DNA from: Magallana gigas
Lineage: Eukaryota
Reading direction: 5' to 3'
NCBI RefSeq assembly: GCF_963853765.1
Contig: NC_088859.1
Span: 38,812,001-38,876,000 of the forward strand
DNA length: 64,000 bases
This document shows positions 14,576 to 26,400 of the stretch, piece by piece (the first letter of the stretch is position 1; each line of letters opens with the position of its first letter). Below the pieces are notes generated by a model. That model saw only the letters and a list, made by a program, of their open reading frames with translations. It did no database searches and was not told the DNA's origin. The position numbers were made by a program, and so were the translations under genes.

Positions 14576-17500
14576 TGGAGATTGTACATAAAGCGTTCAA
14601 TGTACATAAAACATTCAATAAACATAATACAAGAGGGAAAGAGTTTTGAAAAATATACATTTGTATATACATGTATAAAAATGGTCATTCATATGTTCAC
14701 GTAGCCCTTTACCTATATCTTCTTCTCTACTCCAATATATATTTGAGAAAAACTAAATGCATGATTATATCCATGAATCCCTCTACCTAAATTGTGAAAT
14801 TCACGGCCCCTGGATCATGGGTTCAGTCCCTTAGGCAAGGTCAAAAGTTACAATTTTTTGCCTAAGGAGTTAGGGTCTAGATATAAATTCAAGATTTCTC
14901 TGACTCTTGCCCCCTTTTAAGAATTAAATATATCCTAATTCTAATCCCTCTCGTCGTGGTCAGAGTAATGGTTAAGTATTGGGCTGAAATTGTTACCCCA
15001 ACTTCAACAAGAGAGATTCGAAATTTACCTTCTCATAATATCTATATGCTTTTTTATATACCATATACAATATATATAATATATATATATATATATATAA
15101 ATAAATATATACTTTTTTTTTTTTTTTTTTTTAAATTCCATCTCCTATAATATATCCAGTATCGTGTATACAAAATGTAATCAAATCCTCAGCCCTATCG
15201 CTGCGTCTCACACGAATGATTATTCACTGACCACTTCTCGTGGGATTTGACTTACGATATAAATATATCCTAATTCTAATCCCTCTCGTCGTGGTCAGAG
15301 TAATGGTTAAGTATTGGGCTGAAATTGTTACCCCTTTCAACAAACAAGCTCAAATTATAATTAAACCATTCATTCGTTACACCCTCTCCTATTCTTCCCA
15401 ATACTCAAAACTAAACAAAACACAACATATTAACTTGTCATTATATTTAATTATCAACATAGCATTTGAAAAGCTGCATATACAAATTTATTACTACACA
15501 AAATTCATAAATTTGATGATTGATATCCACTCATAAAATACAAACATAGAATGAATATACTTTACAGCCCTTAATACATCATTATCATCATAAATCATCT
15601 TAACATATTAGATACTTGGAATACACAAAATTGCTCACAAAACATATAAACAATCAACTCTCAATCATAAAGGTTTTAAGCTCATATTCTCCCCAAAACT
15701 AAAATATCTTATCCTGATCTCTACAAAAATGGTTTTAAATTTGAATCATCTCCAAATTTTAAGAATTTTCTCTCAGCGTCTCCTTCCCGAGATGCAACCC
15801 CTGCCAGTGCTGTCCCTATGACTCCCCTATCAGCAATCTTTGAAATTCTAGAGTATCTTTCGAAAGTGGATTTTGTAGCCCAACCGATATGGTTCATAAT
15901 AACTCCAGAAGATGGATCCAACCCTGACAAAGCTAAGGATATTGTACAACCTGATCTTAAACTATGTGGAGTTTCCCCTTGATCCACACCTAACACTGCA
16001 AGGTAGTGTTTCAATCTAGTATAAACTACTGACGAGGATAAAGGTGCATCCAAAATCTCCTTACCCGAACGGCTCAAAGGCCTGAACAAGTAACCAGAAG
16101 AAATGTCAATGCCTAATGACTTCACTCCTACAGCATATGTTTCTAAACCATGCACAGGACACACAGATTTATCATGAATTCTAAATATAGTAAACTGATT
16201 CACCTGACCGTTTGACAAAGTTTTTCCTACCATATGAGAAAAAAGCAAACCTTTATTATCTGGCAGGCACTTCACCTCTTGAGCAATACATTGTCCTAAA
16301 TCATTTGCTCGATCTCCTGCAAAAAACTGAATTTTGAAAAAAGCCTGATCCCTCAAGTAAATAAACCTCTTATCCACCCCCAGACTTCCTGACTGCAGAT
16401 TTTCATCAATATAACAACAAATAGCTTTTAATTTTGAAAAAAATAAAGGTTTTGCCTGTTTTGGAACAATGTGTGCTATTGACTGCTCTTTTTTGATTGC
16501 CTTCAAATATTTCTTTACCATAGGGGCACATGCAGGATTACCCCCATTCAAATTTCTATCCCAATCTTTTCCCAACCCTAAATCCTCAAATACTGTTTTC
16601 AACTGACCGATCAAAGACTGAACTGTTCCAAAAGCTAATCTCTTTGGACATGAACATTCACTAACATCAGACATCTTCCCTAAATATCCACAATGAATAT
16701 CATGAACCTTTGTTTTCCCTTTCTTATCTTTAAATATCAAAAACATTTGCACAAGATACGGGATAGTCTGCAAAATATCCACATAAAATTGTTCTCTGAC
16801 GAACTTATTGAATTCTTTCCCTAAAGATGACAGTTTTTTAGCATAACTAGAATTATCTACCAAAGAATACAAATACTGGAGACGGTTTTCACTAAAATAA
16901 TCAAAACTCTTCAAATTTCTTGTAAGTGAAGACCTTTCATCCTGTGTAACCTCCACCTACAACGAAAAAGATAACCTTCCTGCAATTAACTTCCACTTTA
17001 GACCTACCTTATCTAAAACAAAACCTTGTTTTGAAGGTAATTTTAGGACCCCTGTATCTCCCTTATTCCCAAGAACAATAAAAGATTCTACATATAACCA
17101 GAATAACGGCCACCATACTGGAGTGGGGACAATCTCAGGAACAACAACTGTGCACTTTCTAACCCTCTGACTCTCTAAGAATTTCAACAACACAGATATT
17201 AAACAAAATGGAGGAAAAACATATGGGTTGTCCTCTAAGGACACATCCTGTGAGAAGACATTAATCCCACTTGACAATGGAGATGGACCTTGTGTAAAAT
17301 GTCTTAACTTCTCACCTCTCTCATTCAGCATCACATTTGAATCCAGAGCCATCAAATCTACCGAATGAGGGCCATATGCTAACTGAATCTCAGACCATGA
17401 TTTTTCAGATAACTGACAATCCTGAAATGAAAGAGACCTAGAAGGCCCATCTGCCGCATTATCTCCTGATGGAATGAAATGCAACTTCAAATCTACATTA

Positions 17501-20422
17501 TTTTTCTCTGTGAAAACAAAAATGCTCTTCATAATATTGTTAAACCTGACATCCTTACCTCCCTGATTTTCCCAAACATGAACCAGAGCCTTATTATCTA
17601 CATATGCATCAACCCTGTGATTCTCTACCTGCTTACCCAAAGACAACAAAGCATTCAATCAAGCATCTCCCTCTTTAAGATGGATAGGTCTTTTATCATC
17701 TATGCCCCAGAAATCTCCAAACGACTCTTTCTGACTAAAAACTAAAGCTCCCCACTTATAACCTGATGAATCTGTTGCTAAACTAATCTGTAAATGCCTT
17801 TCACTTCTCCAAGAAACAAAACCATTCCAGTTGTCTAAAAATTTCCAAAATTCAATCTCCTCTCTTAAAGCCCCTACCACCTCTACTCTCCTGGAATTTC
17901 TTTCCGCCATCCCAATAGCCCTATGAACCTCCCTAGAATAAAGCCTGGAAGCAGGAACGACTAAAACAAACGAAATACATTTCCCTGCAAACCGTTGAAG
18001 GGTTTTTATGTCTACACTATCCTCACTCAAAATGAAATCTCTCAACTCAGCAAACCTATTTCTCTTCTCCTCAGGGAGCAAAAATGCTAATTTCTGAGAG
18101 TCAATCAATAGACCTAAATACTTCAGAATTTTTTTCGGAATCAGAACACATTTTTCAAGAGCCAAAAAATACCCTAATCTTACTAACAACTGGCACACAA
18201 TATAAATGCTTCTATAAAGTACTAGAAGTTTTTGATTCGTAAACAAAGACTTTCCATGCCACTCTGAAATCATACGGTCATCAATGTACTGAAGGCAAGG
18301 TACACCCAATCGCCTACAATAAGCTGTAGCAAAATAGCCTAATTTCTGATATATGTATGCACTCAACTTAAAACCAAATGGAATTGTATTATACACAAAA
18401 AACCAACCGCCAAATTGAAAACCAAAATAAGACTTTGACCTTTCACTAACCCTCACATGGTCATACCCAGACTTGTCATCTACAGATGCCATAAAATGAT
18501 TCCTACCAACTAATCTTGGAACTTCCTTCAATGTATCAAGCTGAAAAGGCTTATCCATTACCCATAAATTCAAAAATCTTTCGTCGTGACAAAGTCTAGG
18601 TTTTGTATGTTCTACTGTAAGTGGAAGTATCAGATGAGGTGGAACACAATCCCCAACCTTACCCCAAACCAAAATTGTACCACTTTTAATCTTCTCAATA
18701 ATAGTAGAAGAAATAAACCCCCCGAAATGTCTACAACTAGACGAGTTTGGAAAATATGCTTCAGGTGGGGTTGCACAATCATAATTTTTTCCCTTGAAAT
18801 TTCCCTTAAATTTCCTAAAATAATGTTCTACATTAACCCCCTCTCTTAACCACTTTCTTGCTTCCTCATCCAAACCCATTCTCTCCCACTCATCCAAATG
18901 ATTATGAATATTTCCTGCAACAAATTGTCTTGGATCTCTAAAATATATATCTTGTAAACCTACTTCTAAATCATTTTCAACAATACTCTCTGCTAACAAA
19001 ACATTCTCTGGAGGCAGAACAAACTCTCCTCTGTAATTCACCCAACACTTAGAAATATCCAAATCTCTTCGAGGTATATCTAAAGGAGAAAATTCTAAAG
19101 CTTCTTTCTCCCACTCTGGAATATCAGGATGAAAATGAAACCTCTTACATCTCATGGACTCACTCTAAAACATAACAGAAATATTACAGAGAAAAGTTTA
19201 TTCTACCCCCAGCCGCGTGAAATAATTCACTGAAAGGTTAGTACCTTTGGCAAGAGGAAAATAAACAACAAAATTTGGAAAACAAAGTCTTCTCATACAA
19301 ATTTCCATAACTTTCCAACATTATTAAATATCTTATTCCTTTTTTATTTTTGGACATGCTGCAACAAAATGACCCTTTTCTTTACAAAAATAACATACCC
19401 TTGGGTTAGAATTTTGACCATTTCGAGCTCTGTTACCCCCTCTCCCCTGCCCAAAACCTATGTAACCTGGCATTGGCATAGGAGGAAAAAACCCCAAAGG
19501 GAAATTATTATACATTGGAGCTAGATAAGGAAAAGATGGAACATTACTAACATTGGTTTCCTTAACCTTCTCTTTCTCATTTTCTTTATCATATTTTTTT
19601 CCCTTAACCCATTCAGCAATGGCGGTAGAAATCTTTCTATCTTCACTAGACCCTATCAGTTTCAAACATAAGCCACACACATCCTCCTTTTCTTCAAAAC
19701 GCCTGCATGCCTGAAGAGCTTTATTAAAAAACTCTGCATCCTTATGCCCCTCACACTTTGCAACATCAACCAGCATCTCCAGTGATGCGATAAGAACATG
19801 CGACGGTGTCAACTTCGGTCGAGCTGCCAAAAGGCATACCTGTCGGATTGCATCATCCACCTTCTGTTCTCCTGACTTAGACTTCAACACCGATACGTTC
19901 TGCTCCAATCCTTTCAGTCTATCTTCAAGATTGGCCGCACCATCCCCGTTACCAGTACAAGGACCTACATAAACCACAAACTCACTTCAATGCACTTTTA
20001 TTCACAAAATCATCAGAATATAATTCAACATATAAACCTTACTTACCACTGCTACCAGCAGCAGATGGCGCTATCTCCGTCAAAACCTGACCCTTGGGTG
20101 CTCCCACATTATTTGCATGCAAAATTGAAAAATGCATAATCTTCCTAACCAAATCCACTGACTCCTCCTGACTAAGGATGATCAACAAAGACTGGATTGT
20201 CTCCCCTGTAAGTCTGTTGAATTCTACTTTCAACTCTTCCAACGAATATTTCTCTAATGGATGATCCTTCTTCAACCTTGCGAATGTATCTATCTGCATC
20301 CCAGGTTGATTAGACTTCAATTCCATAATCACCGGCAACAAGCTCTTCCCCAATAATGAATGCTTTGGCTTCAACACCAAGGTCATCTACAACATAATTA
20401 CACAAATTATTCCCACAATAAA

Positions 20423-20458
<36 letters not shown>

Positions 20459-23400
20459 GCACTTACTAAATAAAACACACACCTAGCACGTCAATAAAAG
20501 CTCTAATATGTATATCTCCGTATATAAAATAACAAAACCGCATGCATAAACAGACATGTGCAGACCAAGTAAATGCGAACCCCATGCAGCCGGCTAAAAC
20601 CGCGCATGAAAAACGTGCTACATAACACTGTACCTATAAGAATCGCTAGCCCCTTCTCAAACCTCTCTTAACACTATTAAACAAACACAAAGTTTGTAAA
20701 ATTCACACACAAATAACAGAATAACACCCTGTATATCTACAAAAACTCTAATATGTATGTCCCAATATCAGTTAACAGAACTGACTACGTAAAATAGACA
20801 CGTGCACGCCAAGTACATGCCAACACCCAGTTGGCTAAAACCGCGCATGAAAAACGTGCTACATAAAACTGTACCAATAAGATTCGATATCACGTTCTCA
20901 AACCTCTCATACTATTAAAAGCCAATATTAAACAAACACCAAGTTTGCAAAATGCTTACACACACAGAATAATAAACGCACACCCAGTACGTCTACAAAA
21001 TTCTAATTACCAAATACGTAAAACAGACACGTTATGTACACCAAGTACATGCCAACACCCAGTTGGCTAAACCAAACGTGCTTCAGTAAAACTGTGACAT
21101 AAAATCGCTAGCACGTTCTCAAATCTTTCATAAAATTATTAAAAACAAACACTAAGTTTTTAAAATGCCTACATAAAACGCACCCCAAACACGTATGCAA
21201 AACTTAACTAAGTTATAAACAACCAAAATATATATACTATATTTACAGTTTTACACACATAGAATGAAATTAACCAATAGCCAACGCATATAATAGGTTA
21301 CAAATATAACATTACAGATAATTACCTCGAGAATTTAAAGGAAACTCCTGGCCGGCAAAAAGCAAGCAAAGCGTCCGCTCTGATCGATGCGTCTCACAGG
21401 AATGATTATTCACTGACCACTTCTCGTGGGATTTGACTTACGATATAATGTTTGCAAAAATCAAGTAATAAAAGCAGGGGAAATGAAGAGAGGAGTCTTT
21501 GAGGGTTTAGACTAAAAGATGCAGCTTAAACTGCAAACGCGAGACTTCCTGACAAGTCCATCTATGGGTTTTGGTACTCAAGTGACCATCAAGGCCTGTG
21601 GGCCTCTTGTTTATCAAAACTACCGGTACACTATAGTCAACCTTTATTACCTTGAACTCTGAAGGCCTAGCTTAGACTCATACACAATAAATACCATAAA
21701 AGAATTCTAAATATTGATAGTAAAATGTAAAGGAAACGAATAGAATGGTCCACCCACTTCAACATATTTATGAAGCACCTAAGTTTAGTTGAACAGCAAG
21801 TACACAGACCTTGTGCCCTTCTCTAACATGGAGCTGAGATCCTGCCACTTCCTACCGACCCATCCCGCACAGTCGTCTACTCCACCGGGAAAGTAGTCCA
21901 ACAGCTGGGTCATCAGGAAAGGACTGCTGGGAGCTACAGCCGCATAGTACTGCAGATAGAAAATAATCCCACTTTACTGGGTTTAAATTCCAAAGGGGGG
22001 AGGTTTTGACTGAACAAAATGTGTCATTTCAGTCAAAATACAGCATGAAAGGGCAACAAATGCATATGAGAAAATATATTTCTATACAGCTGATTTTATG
22101 GGTTATTTCCTTTTAGAAATTAACTCTTTTTTTTTTTACTGATACTGAAACATAATTTATAATTTAAACATCATTTTATTCTCTTAAGAGGTTACATGCT
22201 AAATTTCAAATTTGGAGCCTTGCTCCTAGATTACAGTGCTGTAGGGTGTATGATGAGATGACCTACCTCAGACACTTTAATTTTTTCTTTCATTCTAAAA
22301 AAACAAAGAAAAGAACACGATTAATTGAAAGGCTTTGGGAACAAATCAAATAAAGCTTACCTTAATGATCTTCCTAACTTACAAATATATGAGTCTTGTG
22401 ACGGTGCAGTTTTCCACGACTTTGTGAGGTACCTTCCCTTCGCCAAACATCAGGTCATATATGTTAACCAAATCACTCACTGGCACGAACCTACGCCACA
22501 GAAAAGTAGGGAATTTTCTAACATGACTTGGAGGCTTCTATGAATTTTTAAGAAATAAAAGTTCATTTAATTTATTCAAGAATTAATAATTTAAGATATT
22601 TTCATTTTGTGTTTATTCTATATATGTATGCTTACCATTCAAGGAATGGTTGGATATGGTCAAGGTTCAGATCATATGCCAGGACAACATCACTACCTTT
22701 GCAAAAATTTATAATACAAAAATAAAGTATCAGTGATGCTGCTCTGAATGTGAATTACATTCACAATTAAATGTGAATTATGTTTACAATTGATGTATCT
22801 TTCAACATGATACATCTAACAAAGTTTAGATACCGTAGTTAAACCTTTGTTCATTTTACACAGGACATATCTCAACACAAATTTTATCACATCAAACTGA
22901 ATCCTGTGTTTTCAATATGGGCATCAGTTTTCATACACTAGTATTTAGTAAAATTCCCAGTTCCAAGGAGTTTGAATAATGGTAACCATAAAATATACCA
23001 TTAAAATTTTCAATCAGTACTTTGAAACATTTTTTAAGTAATATCATTCTACATGTTATATATTTGATCTAAAAATTGATGCAAGTATACATGTAAGGCA
23101 TAATGAACATGGTCATCAATGTGAAGACCATAGCAGATTTCTTTAAAATCTAGTTAATATGGTCCAGTTGGCTAAATCTAGCTAATATTAAACAAAACAA
23201 ACAAAAATGCCTGTAAATAAGGGGTTTGCAATGAACTTGAATTGATGGTCACCATCTCAACAGTCTATTTTATACTAATATGGAAATAAATTAATTTAGT
23301 AAAATCTCACCAAGTTCAGCAAAAACAGCAGCTTCTTGAAAATTCCCATGGAAATTCAACTGCAATGTAAGACACAACATTACATATATACAAAATATAC

Positions 23401-26400
23401 CCAAAGCACCGATGTCCACTTCATTAGAACCAATAATTAACATACTGTACATAGATTTTTATTGGAAAATGTGGATATAAAGTATAAATTATTTCACTTC
23501 AAACATCAAAATCTGTGTTCCTTCCTCATATGTATGCTTCTCCATTTCTTCAGATGAAAATTGGGTCAAGATTTCAGTTGCTGTTCAGTTTATAGTCCAG
23601 TTTAAGACTCAGAATCTTACAGTAAGCCATCATTTCAGTTCAGACTAAGGATGCTACATTTAATTTACCATCAGCTTAGTTCAGCTTAGATTAACCAGTT
23701 TAGTTTAGTTTAAACACAAGACCTGTTTTAATGAAAAGTAAAATACTGGTTCAAATAAGCATAAAGATGTCATGATAAAGAAAACCCCTATATCATATCA
23801 CTACTAATCATGTGTACCTTAGCCATCATGTTTAAAAACCCTTGCTGATACTTGTCCTCTCCATACCACATGTAGTCAGCGATCTGATGGGACATAACTC
23901 CGTACAGAAAGGACACCAGCTTCTCTGTAACCTAAATACAGTTTTTAAAGTTGAAAAAATTGTATTGTTCGTTAAAATAAACAAAAACGCTGAGTGATGC
24001 ATTTTGACTGAAATACTTTTTGAAGGACAACAGCACAGATTTGTGCAAAGCACTAGTTCATGTAACTTTTACACATTACTTATCAAAGAACTTGCATTAT
24101 TCCATGGTTTGGGATACTTCTGTAGTAAATAGTTGATAGAGGCATTCAGAAATGCAGTTGATTTTGTAGCATCTGAAACAAAACTGTAATTTCCTGCAAA
24201 ATACAATATATATGTATGACATACGTAATCATATGAAAGTGTTAATACATGTATATTTATTATTTCTATTCTGAAAGTTTACAATGAGTGCCCAGTATTT
24301 TCACATCATCAGTAGTTGTGATCAAATGAGCAACTGATGATTATTTCATCATGATGATGCTTACCCTCACTGCACTGGGAATCATAAAACACATCAGGGT
24401 AGACACTCCCTCCAAACAAACCATCAGGATTCTCCTGTACAATCTAAAATTACGAATACATGCATGTAGTTTCTTTTAACATACTGAAATGGAACTTGCT
24501 ATCAGTTTTAAACTTGCAATGTCAAATTAATACATGTAGTGCATACCGTTATATGTCATGAAGATTATATTTGAACAAAGTTTTACGTGTCTGGATTCAC
24601 AAGAACTTTCTATCCATTAAACCTGTTTAACGTGTACGTTATTTGGGGAAAAATGATTTTGCAATAGGTAAGCAGGTATTTGATTTAGCACATTTCTTTA
24701 TATATACCTAATTAATTATTATCTTAATAAACGTTTGACATTTGGGGATGTCACATGTACATTGATCTTACTTGTTTCAAGAGACAACCCGTACTCTGAA
24801 CTTATCAATTGTCTTATATAAGACAGCCCTTCACTAGTCCTATCTTTGCTTGCCAATGGCTTACAGTTCACTCTGCTCATCTGAAGATGCACAATCACTG
24901 ACTTTACAGCTAGCTGTAATGAACTCCTGTTGAGACAACTCTACTCTCTAACCTAAACTGTCCCAATAAACAGTCTTTAACACAGTGGCCTTATATTGTA
25001 AGTCATTTTAATTCCATCGATCATGTTAAAATTTCATGATTTTTCAAAAATAACCGATCGCGATGGTTTTAATTTCACGCTGCAAGAGTTACCTATCTTT
25101 GTTTGTACCTTAATATAACATGTTTTTGAAGTTCACAATGGTTTTAATTTCCCAGGAAATGATTTATCATGAAATAGTGAAATTAAAACAATAGTGATCA
25201 TTTGCCAGTCTACAGCATATCACATGGTAAGTTCCTCATATTGACCACAGTACCTGACTCAAAAGACCATTCCTCACACTTACCAGTACCTAATCCCCCA
25301 TCTCAATAGACCAACCCTCACAATGACCTGCTTGTGACTCTATACAGACCTTCACAATGACCTTACCTGTCCCAGGTTACCCTCTAACACTGACCGTTAG
25401 TCCCTCATTCATAAGACAGTAGCAAATCTAAGCAAAATACCTCCTCACAGCGATCCTACCTGTCTCAAGAGTCAGTCTCTCATACTGCATGGAATATACC
25501 TGTCTATAGAGAGCACAGCCCTTCACATTAACCTTACTGGTAACTCAGGCAATAACCCATCACTCTCATCCTAATTCTGTTGGAGAAACATGCCCCACAC
25601 CCATCTACCTGTCTCAAGACACTCCATGATGCCCATCTTATCCACATTGTGGTTCATAAGACAACCCACTGACCTTTATCTGTGTAAGACACATTGAAGC
25701 CAACACAACAATTTGACCTACCTTCTGGGTTTCTTCATCACCAAAGTAAACAGATGCCCTGTAGCCTATTTGAATAATGAAAATTAACATGGTAAATATG
25801 TAAAAATAAAAAAGAATTTGATGGATTAAGATTTATGAATGCCAGTAATAAGATTATTTTCCTTTATCATTTTCTAATGAAGAGGGATCGAATGAGTGAG
25901 GCTGAAATGATTTTTGTACACATATCCTAAATTCAAAAGTCAAGAGCAATACGGTATTAAATATAATGATATACGGTACATAGGTAAGTGACGACAGTGT
26001 CAATACTGCTGAGTTATGGTGCATTTATTTAACCTTTTTGCACTTGATTGCAATGTTTTGCACTTGAATGTAATTATAGTACATGTATTTGCACTTTTGA
26101 CATTGCTGCATCATTTTTTGGGGTGGTTATTAACATGTACATTGATCACTGTGTATGGTGTATTTATAATGTCAAAGATCGACTCAAAATATGGCTGAGG
26201 CAAAACTACCGGATATTTTGAAAATAATTCCCAAATTCCCCTTTGATTTTGGTGTGTTTAATCTGCTCGCAACTGGGGCTTATATTCCTTTTATGAGATG
26301 TTTGAATTCTGGAGGGGGGTGAAAAGGCCCACTGGCTTGATTTTCAAGCACATGTGTAACTTCATCATCCCAATCAAGGGTTTCTGATCCGCACCTCTCC

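Larger units (their letters stand above)
14925..21448 (-). mobile_element. Tyrosine-recombinase retrotransposon (DIRS order, PAT-like), 6524 bp, split direct repeats A1-ORFs-B1-A2-spacer-B2
   Basis: A1 21383-21448 matches A2 15197-15262 (66 bp, 2 mismatches). B1 15260-15334 matches B2 14925-14999 (75 bp, identical). Internal gag, RT-RH-MT and YR ORFs are all on the minus strand. Confidence 0.95.
14330..21612 (-). mobile_element. HINE-like host element split by the retrotransposon (pieces ~14330-14924 and 21449-21612)
   Basis: The left piece begins with GTGACCTATTGCAATTGGTC, the reverse complement of the 3' end of the intact relative at 34560-34637. The right piece ends GTGACCATCAAGGCCTGTGGGCCTCTTGTT, the reverse complement of the 5' end of the relative at 32966. 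Confidence 0.75.

Noticed and set aside
17659-17661. Selenocysteine recoding of the pol TGA
   Set aside because: The position corresponds to a hydrophobic helix residue and no SECIS was identified. A nonsense mutation is simpler.
17479-18849. Plus-strand ORFs of 87-88 aa within pol
   Set aside because: Short antisense frames favoured by the strand skew, with no motifs.
14925-21448. Classification as Ngaro or as an LTR retrotransposon
   Set aside because: There is no integrase or LTR pair. The split repeats fit PAT or Ngaro, but the MT domain after RNase H argues for PAT-like. RT phylogeny is needed to confirm.
24780-25700. Array of CAG|GTA-like motifs on the GPLD1 sense strand
   Set aside because: This is a highly degenerate short-period repeat; no coherent exon phases could be built.
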